A stretch of 45,211 bases of DNA from Candidatus Methanomethylicia archaeon (GCA_038845975.1 JAWBQF010000022.1:1-45211); one strand, 5' to 3'. Positions 19,207 to 29,597 are shown, counted from the first letter of the stretch. Numbers and translations are program-made. Notes: generated from the letters alone by a model not told the origin.

Positions 19207-21339
19207 ATGAAAGAATATATGGAGAAAGCATATGAGTATGCAAGAGAAACATATTATGGTATAGTAAAAAGGGCTGAATGCATAGCATATGGGATTCTTG
19301 AAAAAGAAATTTCATACACAATTGCCCTCAAGGTCCAGCCACCAGCACAGAATGCAAACTATACAATAGAAAAAGCATCAAAAGATACCCAGTATTCTCC
19401 GATTAAGGAGGAAGTTGATCTTATAGGATCTTCAGACGAGTTTAGAATATGCATTTTAGAGAATGTTCCAGGATTTCCATATGATAAATGCAAATACTAT
19501 CAGGCATACGGGATAATGGGCAAGATAGACATTTACATACCAGTAAAAATTGAGGTTTCAAAAAGAGTTGAAGGCAAGCCGGAAGACTTTATTCCATATG
19601 AAGTTTCAGCAATAATAGAATTGGCTGATCCACCAGAAAAACGACCAAAAGGAAGAAATGGAGCAAAATTTATAGATTCCATTATAAAAAAGGTTCCAGG
19701 AGGCGACAACTGTCCAGACATATTTGCTCCAAATGACTTCAGTGACAGGTGTAGAAGTAAAGGCGGCATAGACAAGATACAAAAAATAATATTGGATGAA
19801 AATAAAAAGGAATTTAAACTCTATAATTCTAATGCAGTCTTAGTACCAATAAAGGAAGTTGACGAAAGTAAAAAAGGCTATGCAAAAATATATTTACATT
19901 TTCCACCCATCAATGGAAATAATTATAGTCTTAAAATAAAACTTATCAATGGATGTGAAGAAGCTGTTTTAAAAGACAAGAATAATCCAAACTTACAAGT
20001 ACCTTATGTTCAAACTCCAACAATAACAATATGGAAAAGAGTTACGATAGAAATGATAGCTCTACAGGAGGGAATAAAATATGAGGACATAAACTGGAAA
20101 CTTATAAAGTCAACATTTTCACCTGCCTTTATAGAAGTTGAGGAACCGCCGCCGGGAAAAAGATACACGATAATGATGAAAGATTGGATGGATTATTTGG
20201 AAAAGGTAGTTTATAGTACTTGGCAAACTAATGCATGGAAAATATATAAAAATGCTAAATATACTACTATTCATCAACAAGACTTTGGTAGCTATTCTTT
20301 CCCCCAACCCCACAATAATATACCGAATTCTCAACTATTAACACCACCAGACAATAATCCAAAAAATCCTAACGAAACAACTTGGATGTTTTTAATGAAT
20401 ATAGCTAAGGAGATTTTTAAAGATATGCTTAATAAAATCAATAAAAATTATTACAACTTAATATCTTATCCTCTAAAAGGATATAATATTGGCTTCTGCG
20501 TTCTATTATGTAAACCTCCATTTTTGGGGTCAAGAGTTGGAGGATTACACTTTGGTAATAAACAGTTCTATTTTGTCTCAGGATGGAATATGGAAAAGAA
20601 ATTCGTCCACGAGCTTGGGCATGCGCTCTTTTTAACTCATGGGGCAACATATCTTGTAAGAGAATCTGATTATAAATTTATAACAAGTCGTGAAGAACTT
20701 GGTTCTGAAGGACCATACTGGGATGATCATGACAGCGAAGACATGATGTCATGTGTAATGTCATATTTTGCTAATGTTAATTGGCACTTCTGTGGTCTAT
20801 GCCAACTAAAGCTAAGATTATATGATAAGGAGAAAATGATAACAGGCAAAGACAATATCTTAAGAAAAATGTTGTATAGTAAAAAACCGAAAGTTTACTG
20901 GGTTGAAGATGTTCTCAAACAATCACAAAATGGAAAAATTCCCTGGCTTAAATTCCATGCAAACTCTAAATTCATTCTCAACAAAGGCGATGAAAAAGAG
21001 CTTAGATTAATTCCGTTATATCCTCCTGAAATTGTAAACAACGTAGATTATTACAAGGATTTAACAGGATTTACAAAAGGTATAAAGGGATCAAGTCCTG
21101 GTAGAGGATCCTGGCTTGTAGAAATAGAGGATCATGATTCAGGGCAATCTCGTATGGGAAACGTTAATGTCACAAAAAAGGGTAATTTTTGGATTTCAAC
21201 CATCAAAATCAACTACAGAGGGAAGACAACAGTAAAGTATAGAATTTATTACGACATAAATAAGTTTGTAGAAAGCGACCCACTAGTTATTGAAACAATA
21301 GAGGAACAAATGAGTAAGGTTGATAATTTTGAGCTTTAA
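19207..21339 (+). CDS. Large protein with metzincin-like Zn-metallopeptidase domain
   Basis: HELGHALFLTH, Met-turn-like CVMSY and FCGLC; A-rich codon usage unlike neighbours. Confidence 0.75.
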   Translation: MKEYMEKAYEYARETYYGIVKRAECIAYGILEKEISYTIALKVQPPAQNANYTIEKASKDTQYSPIKEEVDLIGSSDEFRICILENVPGFPYDKCKYYQAYGIMGKIDIYIPVKIEVSKRVEGKPEDFIPYEVSAIIELADPPEKRPKGRNGAKFIDSIIKKVPGGDNCPDIFAPNDFSDRCRSKGGIDKIQKIILDENKKEFKLYNSNAVLVPIKEVDESKKGYAKIYLHFPPINGNNYSLKIKLINGCEEAVLKDKNNPNLQVPYVQTPTITIWKRVTIEMIALQEGIKYEDINWKLIKSTFSPAFIEVEEPPPGKRYTIMMKDWMDYLEKVVYSTWQTNAWKIYKNAKYTTIHQQDFGSYSFPQPHNNIPNSQLLTPPDNNPKNPNETTWMFLMNIAKEIFKDMLNKINKNYYNLISYPLKGYNIGFCVLLCKPPFLGSRVGGLHFGNKQFYFVSGWNMEKKFVHELGHALFLTHGATYLVRESDYKFITSREELGSEGPYWDDHDSEDMMSCVMSYFANVNWHFCGLCQLKLRLYDKEKMITGKDNILRKMLYSKKPKVYWVEDVLKQSQNGKIPWLKFHANSKFILNKGDEKELRLIPLYPPEIVNNVDYYKDLTGFTKGIKGSSPGRGSWLVEIEDHDSGQSRMGNVNVTKKGNFWISTIKINYRGKTTVKYRIYYDINKFVESDPLVIETIEEQMSKVDNFEL

Positions 21340-22780
21340 AGAAAATCTTAAACTTCAAATAAAGTTTAAGAGAAGAAAGTTTGTTAGGGGAGAATCTATT
21401 CCAGTAAGGGTTTGCCTAGAAAATGTAGGTTCAGACACTCTATTAATTAACGAACTAACATCTTTATCAAGTTCTTTATATTTTAAAATTTTGGGAAAGT
21501 CAGGTTTTAAGAAATCGTTTACGCAACTTAGCTGGCTTTCACGTGAAGGCATCATACTACCCCCACCTGAAACAAAAACTTTTACGTTATCTCCAAATAG
21601 TAAAAAATGTTTGGACTTAGATTTGACAAAAATTTGTGGAGAACTAGCTGAAGACCTTTATAAAATAAAGGCAACATACACCTCTCACGGAATACTTTTC
21701 ATAGATTCAGAAATTGTCCGGATAAAGATTATACCATCAAAACCAGTATACATTTCATCAACTAGAGATTATTTAAGATATGTTTATAATCCAATATATA
21801 GTGTTTGGATTAATAAATATGACACGAAATACTTCTTATATTTAATGATGAACAGTCCAAACTTTCCTAAAAACATTTGGTACAATAAGTGTATAACGAG
21901 ATTAGATAAACCTTATGAGGTGCATGTTGCATTGCCTGAAAATTACGACCAAGGAAAAAATTGTATAGTTTGGAGTGAAAAAAACACTCTCTTTAAATGT
22001 ATTGTAGAAGATGAAAAGTTTTCTCTGAAAGGTTTCGAATTACCCTTCCAGGTAGACCGCATACTTGAACCGGCATATTTTTGTGAAGATGGAGTTTTAA
22101 TAACTTTAGCATACAGTTTTGTAGACAATTCTTCAACTATATATTTGATTAAGATAGGAGAAGACGGAAATGTTCAAATAAAATCTCTAGAAACATTCAA
22201 AGGAGTATTGGATGAATATAATCTTGTCTATGATGAAAGAACACGAGTACACCTAGTTTATACGATAAAAGGATACAATGAATGTTATTATATTAAAATT
22301 TTTGGCGAAAACCTAGAAAAAGAGAGTAAAAGCATACTTTTTAAGAGCAAAAGCCAATGCTTTGCACTACAGCTTTCAAATAATTGCATAAGTGATGAAG
22401 GAGAAAGAATTTTAGCCTTACACTATCTAATATTAGAAGACGATAGATTAAATGCCCACATTCTAAATGTTAATGAAAGGGTTGAAGTAAAAAACATTTT
22501 TATACCGGTTCAAAAAGAGCTTAGGTTAAGGTGTATAGATGTTATTTTAGACGAAACCTGCATGCCACACTACCTCTTCCAAGACAAAAATGGCATACTA
22601 TGGTATCAGCCAGTAGAAGGGGACATGATGCAGGCCTCCGAAAAAGGTGAAGTATGTCCTGGAAACATAGAGTTTCCAAAACTATTAATATCGTCAAGTC
22701 TAAGTATACATCATGGAATATTCATTAGATATATCAAAGATAGAAGAAATTTTGTGTACAAGAAGCTTGAGAAACTTTAA
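21320..22780 (+). CDS. Hypothetical beta-rich protein coupled to the peptidase
   Basis: 486-aa ORF overlapping the upstream stop; same A-rich composition; Ig-like GESIPVRVCLENVG N-terminus. Confidence 0.75.
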   Translation: MIILSFKENLKLQIKFKRRKFVRGESIPVRVCLENVGSDTLLINELTSLSSSLYFKILGKSGFKKSFTQLSWLSREGIILPPPETKTFTLSPNSKKCLDLDLTKICGELAEDLYKIKATYTSHGILFIDSEIVRIKIIPSKPVYISSTRDYLRYVYNPIYSVWINKYDTKYFLYLMMNSPNFPKNIWYNKCITRLDKPYEVHVALPENYDQGKNCIVWSEKNTLFKCIVEDEKFSLKGFELPFQVDRILEPAYFCEDGVLITLAYSFVDNSSTIYLIKIGEDGNVQIKSLETFKGVLDEYNLVYDERTRVHLVYTIKGYNECYYIKIFGENLEKESKSILFKSKSQCFALQLSNNCISDEGERILALHYLILEDDRLNAHILNVNERVEVKNIFIPVQKELRLRCIDVILDETCMPHYLFQDKNGILWYQPVEGDMMQASEKGEVCPGNIEFPKLLISSSLSIHHGIFIRYIKDRRNFVYKKLEKL

Positions 22781-23009
22781 CCTTCAACCCCCAATTCCTA
22801 GACAGGTTAGAAGTCTATAGTCTTCAACTTTAGGCTTTTCAAGTTCTCCCACTCTTCAGAAGCTTCACGTATTCATCTTCACCTTTAGCTCTATGGATCC
22901 ACCTCAACAATCCAGTCAAATTTTTCAAAGGGTTTAACATATTCTTTCGTAACGAAGTATATAAGCATCTTCAATGGGAAATCGCAGAAAAGACCATGCT
23001 GAACACAAT

Positions 23010-23450
23010 TAAAAGATTAGATAATACTATCCTGCTATCCTTAAGCTTCCTTGATTGTTCATGGCTATTTGTATATAAGCTTATATTGGTACGGCTTTCA
23101 AGGATTAGGAGGTTGAGGGTTAATAGCTTGATGAAACGGTTTATGGTAGTAGGCTATTCATGTAGTATGTATTGATGTTTAGCTAATTATGAGGCTTACG
23201 TTCCGTAATCAGTCTTAGATATTGGGTAGTTGAAGGGCTTGAAGTAGTATGTTCATATAAGATCTCTTAGTATATGCTTTAAGTGATTAAGCAAAAATCA
23301 CATAAAGTCTTTAGGATAGTTAAGCAGCGTTCAGATTATTAAAGTATAGAATCAAAGACTTAATCTTTAAGGGAGACAGCAAGAAACTAACCTAGCTACA
23401 TATGCGTACATAACCTAATAAAAACATAAACAAGAAGTGATGACAGTATG
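23010..23450 (+). mobile_element. Possible highly decayed IS6-like remnant
   Basis: DETV and IDV fragments; ends aaacataaac..gacagtat resembling the IS6 end. Confidence 0.35.
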
Positions 23451-23472
23451 GTGAATACAGGCTACTTATGAT

Positions 23473-23740
23473 GTGGTTTTCAAAATATTTAAGTTTTCAT
23501 GCCTTAGTGTATTACTATACTGCTAGTCTTTACATTTTATGATCTATGTTTAGTCATGTATCAAATATTTTACTGTTAACATTATAGCTTCCATATTATC
23601 TCTCTATTTTTAGGTTGTAGTATGTTGCTCAAAACATCATTTCCTAATCTATCTCATCCGTATTGTACGCTGACTTTATGCTTAAGCTTATAATCAAGTC
23701 TCGGCGATCTTTAAGTTATGAATGTATCGAGCTTATGACT
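23473..23740 (-). repeat. Degenerate repeat, family A, long copy
   Basis: gtggttttcaaaatatttaagttttcatg, then blocks colinear with 17571-17850. Confidence 0.7.
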
Positions 23741-23910
23741 AGATGATTAGTAGTGGATTTCCATCAACAACTACATGACCTTTATCCCTCCTATACCTAA
23801 ACATCATAACTATAATTTAATTCTCATTAGCTTCTATGCTTATAGTAGTATCGCCTATATACTTAAATGATTGAAGACTTAATATTCTATTCTTATAGAA
23901 GAATAGAATA

Positions 23911-23950
23911 ATACTATAAGCAATATCATAACATATATGAAAGATATATT
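23911..23950 (+). repeat. Repeat family B, 40-bp core, copy 2
   Basis: 39/40 identical to 24943-24982; directly preceded by a perfect 12-bp hairpin at 23883-23910. Confidence 0.9.
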
Positions 23951-24016
23951 TTAGCTCTGCTTTCTAAAATAAGACTACAGTCTCCGCTCTACTAGTAGTT
24001 TATGTTTTGAGATAAA

Positions 24017-24790
24017 TCAATCTATAGGCACTTCTGGATATATGTTGATTACCTCCCCCTTAAACTCCATTTCCCTATGGGTATAGTAAACGTTTTTCAA
24101 ATATTTTTTAGCTATTTCTACAGCTTCAATTACCTCTTTAGGGGAGGGGGATCGCCATGGCACATTGCCGAACGGCATGAAGCCATCGATTCTATACGGT
24201 ATATATGGATTAATATTTGCAATGAATTTAGCTATTTTCTCAATTTCATCTAGTCCAACCAATCCTGGAATTAAAATGCTTTCCGCCATAACTTTAATCC
24301 TGCTTTCACTAGCAAGCTTAAAATTATCTAGAACAGGCTTATTAGTTTGCCCTGTATAGAAATAGTGGATATCATCATTGTATGCTCTAATACTTATACA
24401 AATACTTGTAAGACCTGCTTTCTCCAGCTTTCTTATCATTTCCCAGTCTAAGATATAGCCATTAGTTGTCAAATAGGTTTTAATATTGAAATCATTAAGC
24501 AGCCGTATTACCTCCGGCAACTCTTCATCAAGAGTAGGTTCAGCTCCACCTAGAATAGCCTCTCCAGTATTGATTTTTCCAATAATAGACTTAAACTCAC
24601 TTAAAGTTAATAGCTTAATATGCTTAATTTCTTTGAGGCGGCGTTTTAAATCTTCTGGGAGATGATAATACCATATAGTATCCTTTAAATAGCAGCCTCT
24701 ACATTGAAAGTTGCATCCCTGAAAAGATATATAAATAGAATTATCATATGTATGTTGTACAATCTGATAAATCCTCGTCATCTCCATCAC
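24017..24790 (-). CDS. Radical SAM protein, activase-like
   Basis: GCNFQCRGC, GGAEPT, TNGY and LIPG motifs; paralogue of 26210-27034. Confidence 0.9.
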   Translation of the reverse strand: MMEMTRIYQIVQHTYDNSIYISFQGCNFQCRGCYLKDTIWYYHLPEDLKRRLKEIKHIKLLTLSEFKSIIGKINTGEAILGGAEPTLDEELPEVIRLLNDFNIKTYLTTNGYILDWEMIRKLEKAGLTSICISIRAYNDDIHYFYTGQTNKPVLDNFKLASESRIKVMAESILIPGLVGLDEIEKIAKFIANINPYIPYRIDGFMPFGNVPWRSPSPKEVIEAVEIAKKYLKNVYYTHREMEFKGEVINIYPEVPID

Positions 24791-24940
24791 TTAACAAATA
24801 GTTTAAATAAACTCGCTTAAAGCTTTGCTGTTTAGTAAATCTGTCTAAGTAGGATTAGGTAAATTAATTTAAAAATAAGTAGTTAGATCTAATGTTTTTA
24901 ATATTTAAAGGTTGTTATGGTCTACAATAATGTTTAATTA

Positions 24941-25035
24941 TCATACTATAAGCAACATCATAACATATATGAAAGATATATTATCAGTAATCATGATGAA
25001 TAGGATTGAAGCTGAAGATGATGGAACACTATGTT
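24941..25035 (+). repeat. Repeat family B, copy 3
   Basis: Contains the 40-bp core plus the extension shared with 18819-18935. Confidence 0.85.
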
Positions 25036-25047
25036 TTCAGCGATAGG

Positions 25048-25093
25048 TTTATAAGTTTAATTTTTTAGGTAGAATTGCCTGGTAAAATTTCCT
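25048..25093 (+). promoter_or_regulatory. TATA box plus two tandem candidate operator sites
   Basis: TTTATAAG at 25048; GGTAGAATTGCCT (25068) and GGTAAAATTTCCT (25081). Confidence 0.55.
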
Positions 25094-25109
25094 ATAAATA
25101 AGTGAGAAT

Positions 25110-26213
25110 ATGAATTGGAAGCTGGTTTCAGCTATCTTAGTTATAGCTTTGATAATAGTTGGCTATATAGCTATCCAATCCTTAACTACTTATAAAACCT
25201 ACACCATTACTAGTACTGAGTATAGAACAACTGTAACAACAGCTATCGAATATAGAACAGTAACAAAAACAGTAACAACTCCACCTCCAAAGTATCCGTT
25301 AACAGTTATGGATTTTCTAGGTAGAAATGTAAATATTACTAAGCCTCCACTAAGAATTGTTTCCTGTTCTCCACTATGTACGGAGGTTGCTGCTGTACTT
25401 GAACTTACAGATTTTATTGTCGGCGTTGATGATTATACTGATTTTCCTCCAAGTATTGTTAAGCTTAAGGAGCAGGGTAAGGTTTCAAGTGTTGGTGGTG
25501 TTACAACTTTAAGCGTTGAAGCTGTTGCTACGCTTAAACCTGATTTAGTTCTAGTTTCAGCAAGCCTCCAGAAGAAGTTTATACCTACGCTTGAGGAGCT
25601 TGGATTAACAGTTATAGCTTTAGATGCTAGAAACATTAATGATGTTTATAGTGAGATATTGATTCTAGGTAAAGTTACAGGTAGGGAGGAGCTTGCTGAG
25701 AGGATTGTTAATGAGATGAAGGATAGGATTGAAGCTATTCAGCAATCCCTCGCGGCTGTTAGAGTTAAGGTTAAGGTTTTCCAGTCTTCATGGCTTGAAC
25801 CAATATGGACTACAGGTAATGGAACATTCCTAAACGATATAATAAGACTTGCTGGAGGATACAATGTGTTTATGGATGCTAGTGGATGGATAACTGTAAG
25901 CCCTGAATCTATAGTTGAGAGGAATCCTGAAGTTATATTTATTGGATGCACAATGATGGGTTTAAAACCTGAGGATGTTGAGTTAAAGCTAAAACAGATT
26001 CCAGGATTAGAGAATGTAGAGGCTGTAAGAAAGAATAGAGTCTACTTACTTTACGAGCAGGCTGAAAACATATTTGTAAGAGCTGGACCGAGAGTTGCTG
26101 AGGCTATTGAGCTTCTAGCTAAAATACTATACCCTGAAGTATTCAATACTAATATTCCGAATGTTATAGGGGATAATTATTTAAACTACGTTAAGCCCAT
26201 GGTGAAGCAATGA
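25110..26213 (+). CDS. btuF: BtuF-like ABC substrate-binding protein, membrane anchored
   Basis: N-terminal TM helix, Thr-rich linker, YPLTV.DFLGR.V.I..PP.RIVS, LKPDLV and RAGPRV. Confidence 0.8.
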   Translation: MNWKLVSAILVIALIIVGYIAIQSLTTYKTYTITSTEYRTTVTTAIEYRTVTKTVTTPPPKYPLTVMDFLGRNVNITKPPLRIVSCSPLCTEVAAVLELTDFIVGVDDYTDFPPSIVKLKEQGKVSSVGGVTTLSVEAVATLKPDLVLVSASLQKKFIPTLEELGLTVIALDARNINDVYSEILILGKVTGREELAERIVNEMKDRIEAIQQSLAAVRVKVKVFQSSWLEPIWTTGNGTFLNDIIRLAGGYNVFMDASGWITVSPESIVERNPEVIFIGCTMMGLKPEDVELKLKQIPGLENVEAVRKNRVYLLYEQAENIFVRAGPRVAEAIELLAKILYPEVFNTNIPNVIGDNYLNYVKPMVKQ

Positions 26214-27034
26214 ATACTAAAATATTCCACATAACTTTTTATGATTATGACTTATCAGCATACATACACTTCCTAGACTGCAACTTTAAATGTAGAGGAT
26301 GTATAAGAAAGATAAGCATATGGGATAATCACCTACCTACCAATGTAAGAAACAATCTTAAACTGTTGAGAAGCTTAAAGATTGAGGAGCTTAGAGATAT
26401 TGTAAATATACTAATTCGTAAATACAGCTTGAAACGTGTAGTTCTCGGTGGTGGTGAACCTACAACAGATAGCTCTCTACCATCAATACTTTCACTATTA
26501 GAGTCTTTAAATATTGAGGTTAAACTACTGACAAATGCTTACAGTATGGATAGTGAGGTAGCTAGTATGCTGGCCCGTAAGGGATGTGAGGCTATTGTAA
26601 GTATTAAATCAATTGATCCCAGTAAGCATCTAGACTATACAGGCTTTCCTCTCAATCGGGTTTTAGAGAATTTTTCAGGAATGTATAGGCTTGGTGTAAA
26701 TGTATCTGTTGAAACAATACTTATTCCAGGCTTTAATGATCCTATCGATATAGTAGGTATAGCTAAATACATATCATCAATAAATAGTGGAATACAATTA
26801 ATTATAGATTCATATGTTCCTGTACCCGGCTCTTCATGGAGGAGACCGAATATGAATGAGCTTGAAGAAGCTGAATATCTATCTAAACAGTATCTTTCAA
26901 ATGTTTATTGTAGAGGTAAAGTAATATCGGAAGGTAGAGGTAGAGTATATTTAGTATATCCAAATCCCCAGGATAACCTTAATATTCCTGAGTTTGCAGG
27001 CTATAATATTTCAAATTGTTTTGAGGGAATTTAA
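26210..27034 (+). CDS. Radical SAM protein, activase-like
   Basis: CNFKCRGC, GGGEPT and ETILIPGFND; ATGA overlap with btuF. Confidence 0.9.
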   Translation: MNTKIFHITFYDYDLSAYIHFLDCNFKCRGCIRKISIWDNHLPTNVRNNLKLLRSLKIEELRDIVNILIRKYSLKRVVLGGGEPTTDSSLPSILSLLESLNIEVKLLTNAYSMDSEVASMLARKGCEAIVSIKSIDPSKHLDYTGFPLNRVLENFSGMYRLGVNVSVETILIPGFNDPIDIVGIAKYISSINSGIQLIIDSYVPVPGSSWRRPNMNELEEAEYLSKQYLSNVYCRGKVISEGRGRVYLVYPNPQDNLNIPEFAGYNISNCFEGI

Positions 27035-28053
27035 TGTACGTTAAGGCTAAGAAGCTTAAACTACTAGTAACTACATTATCCGGCATAGTTATTCTATTTC
27101 TTCTAAGTATTCTCTCATTATCTATTGGCGCTTCACGTATTGGATTTCTAGATGTTCTACAGGCTATTAGGGGGATTGGTGATCAATCTATTGTTAATGT
27201 GGTTTGGAATATTAGGTTTCCAAGACTTCTCTCAGCTATGCTTGTCGGCTTCCTTCTTTCTGTTTCAGGAGTTGTTATGCAGACTCTATTCCGTAATCCA
27301 CTTATAGATCCATATATTGGAGGTATTGCTTCAGGAGCTGCTTTCGGGGCATCTTTATCCCTCCTACTTGGATATACTCTTCTATCCCCTTCATCACCAT
27401 ATGCAATACCATTAACATCATTTATTGGCTCCTTCACCTCCCTTCTATTAACACTCCTACTTTCACGTTTAGCCGGTGGATCACCATTAAGCCTCCTACT
27501 TTCAGGAATTGCTGTAGGTCTCTTCTTCTCTTCAGCTACAACTGTAGTTATAGTGGCTGGTGGGGAGAAGGCTCATGGAGTTATTTTCTGGCTTTTCGGA
27601 AGCTTTGTAACATCTTCATGGCGTTTCCTAGCAATAGCATTCCCAGTATCGATTATAGCCATTATGTACGTGTTTCTAAATGCTAGAAGGCTTAATGCTC
27701 TCCTCCTAGGTGATGAAGATGCCTCCCAGCTTGGAGTAAGCGTTAAAGTGTTAAGATATACTCTACTAACTATTCTATCTATACTTTCAGCTCTAGCAGT
27801 ATCCTTCAACGGTATTATTGGATTTATAGGTTTAATGGCTCCACATATATCTAGACTTATTGTTGGTAGTGATCATAGGCTCCTCCTACCTTTAAGTATG
27901 CTTATAGGCTCAACAATTCTTGTTCTTGCAGATGTTGCTGCTAGAATGCTTATAGCTCCAGCAGAGCTTCCTGTAGGTGCTATAACCTCCGTTATGGGTG
28001 TACCTGTCTTTATACATCTATTATTAAGAAGGGGTAGATACTATGAGCTTTAA
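27034..28053 (+). CDS. btuC: BtuC/FecCD-family permease
   Basis: IRFPR, MQTLFRNPL.DP, LGDEDASQLGV, GIIGFIGL.APH and ELPVG motifs. Confidence 0.9.
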   Translation: MYVKAKKLKLLVTTLSGIVILFLLSILSLSIGASRIGFLDVLQAIRGIGDQSIVNVVWNIRFPRLLSAMLVGFLLSVSGVVMQTLFRNPLIDPYIGGIASGAAFGASLSLLLGYTLLSPSSPYAIPLTSFIGSFTSLLLTLLLSRLAGGSPLSLLLSGIAVGLFFSSATTVVIVAGGEKAHGVIFWLFGSFVTSSWRFLAIAFPVSIIAIMYVFLNARRLNALLLGDEDASQLGVSVKVLRYTLLTILSILSALAVSFNGIIGFIGLMAPHISRLIVGSDHRLLLPLSMLIGSTILVLADVAARMLIAPAELPVGAITSVMGVPVFIHLLLRRGRYYEL

Positions 28054-28822
28054 GGAGATAATTGTTAGTGATTTATCGTTTAGTTATGGTAGGGTTGAAG
28101 CATTAAGGAAGATATCGTTCACTATACGTGGAGGTGAATTTATAGGTATTCTAGGCCCTAATGGCTCCGGTAAAACTACACTACTGAAATGTCTATGTAG
28201 TCTTCTAAAACCATACGGTTCAATATATATTGATGGAACATCAATATATAAGTATAGTGCCAGGGAAATTGCAAGAATGATCTCCTATATTCCACCAACA
28301 CCTCTTCCAGGTGGGCTATCAGTATTTGATACCGTCTCCCTAGGTAGGACTCCCCATATGAAGGGTTTATGGTGGGAGTCTAGAGAGGATGAGGATCTAA
28401 TTCAATACTCTCTAAAATCTTTAAATCTGGATGGATTAGCTGACAGGAGGGTTTGTGAGCTTAGTAGTGGGGAGCAGCAGAGGGTTAAGATAGCTAAGGC
28501 TATTACACAGCAGCCTAAAATACTGCTTGTAGATGAGCCTACAGTTCATCTTGACTTAAAGCATCAAGTTGAGATTATGGATATTCTTAAAAGCCTAACA
28601 TATAAGGGGTTAGCTGTCATAGCTGCACTCCACGACTTAAATCTAGCACTAACATATAGCGATAAAGTCGTAGTTTTAAATAGTGGTAGAATTGTTGCTT
28701 ATGGTGATCCGAAAGTAATCCTTACAGAGGAGTTGATAGAGAGGGTTTATGGTGTTAAGGTTAAGATCATGTGGGATAATGAGTTAAACCATCCAGTAAT
28801 AACAATACTTAAAGCGGGCTGA
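28043..28822 (+). CDS. btuD: BtuD/FecE-family ABC ATPase
   Basis: GPNGSGKTT, LSSGEQQRV, DEPT.HLD and HDLNLA motifs. Confidence 0.9.
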   Translation: MSFKEIIVSDLSFSYGRVEALRKISFTIRGGEFIGILGPNGSGKTTLLKCLCSLLKPYGSIYIDGTSIYKYSAREIARMISYIPPTPLPGGLSVFDTVSLGRTPHMKGLWWESREDEDLIQYSLKSLNLDGLADRRVCELSSGEQQRVKIAKAITQQPKILLVDEPTVHLDLKHQVEIMDILKSLTYKGLAVIAALHDLNLALTYSDKVVVLNSGRIVAYGDPKVILTEELIERVYGVKVKIMWDNELNHPVITILKAG

Positions 28823-28828
28823 TGTTTT

Positions 28829-29596
28829 ATGAGGATAGTTAGCTTATGGCCCTCGATATCAGATACCATATCTAAACTCGGATTAGAGGATTCTATTATT
28901 GGTGTTACACCATACTGTTTAAAATACTTAAAGTTAAAGCATAGAGTTGTTGGGAGCTGTCTTGAGGTCGATTCTCCTAAGCTTAGTAATCTAAAACCTG
29001 ACATAGTACTCCTAGAAGGTAGACTGCAGAAGGGTATTGCTGAGAAATTGATGAGGGAGGGATATAGTGTATATCTAATTCCATTTCCAAGAAGTATATT
29101 TGGAATTCTTGAAAACATAATTCTCATAGGTTCAATACTTGGAAGGCTTACTGAAGCTAGGAGGCTAGCCTACGAAATACTTAACGAGTTGATTGGTCTT
29201 AAAAGGAGGGAGCTAGCGGGATCCATATATGTTGAGCTTTGGCTTGGTGATGATATTGTTACATGCGGATCATTAACGTATATCGATGATATGCTTTCCT
29301 GGATTGGTCTTCAAAACATATTTAGTGATGTAGCATCCGAATTCTTTAAGCCTAACTTTAACCATGTTAAGATAAGGAATCCCCACTTAATTGTAGTAAA
29401 TTATGAACCCTATCCTAAGCATAGAGAGAGGATATCTAATATACTGGAAATCTTTAAGGAGAGGGGATGGGAGGATATGGAGGCTATTAAGAGGAGGAAA
29501 GTAATACTGATAGAAGAGAGCAGTACTGTTAACCTAGCTCATCACGGTCCATCAACAATTACCAGTACATTAAGATATCTCTTATCAAGGTCTTAG
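28829..29596 (+). CDS. Second BtuF-like binding protein without signal peptide
   Basis: Starts directly at MRIVSLWPS; LKPDIV, NIFSD and HHGPS; no hydrophobic N-terminus. Confidence 0.85.
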   Translation: MRIVSLWPSISDTISKLGLEDSIIGVTPYCLKYLKLKHRVVGSCLEVDSPKLSNLKPDIVLLEGRLQKGIAEKLMREGYSVYLIPFPRSIFGILENIILIGSILGRLTEARRLAYEILNELIGLKRRELAGSIYVELWLGDDIVTCGSLTYIDDMLSWIGLQNIFSDVASEFFKPNFNHVKIRNPHLIVVNYEPYPKHRERISNILEIFKERGWEDMEAIKRRKVILIEESSTVNLAHHGPSTITSTLRYLLSRS

Positions 29597-29597
29597 A

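Noticed and set aside
18819-25035. CRISPR array from the 40-bp repeats
   Set aside because: Spacing is 1-5 kb rather than 30-45 nt, and no cas genes are present
24994-25045. C/D-box-like pattern ATGATGA-12 nt-CTGA-ATGATGG
   Set aside because: No good terminal D box, and the boxes are not conserved in the homologous repeat at 18819
24800-25110. Cobalamin riboswitch upstream of btuF
   Set aside because: The region is very AT-rich with no B12-box or GC stems, and the leader is too short
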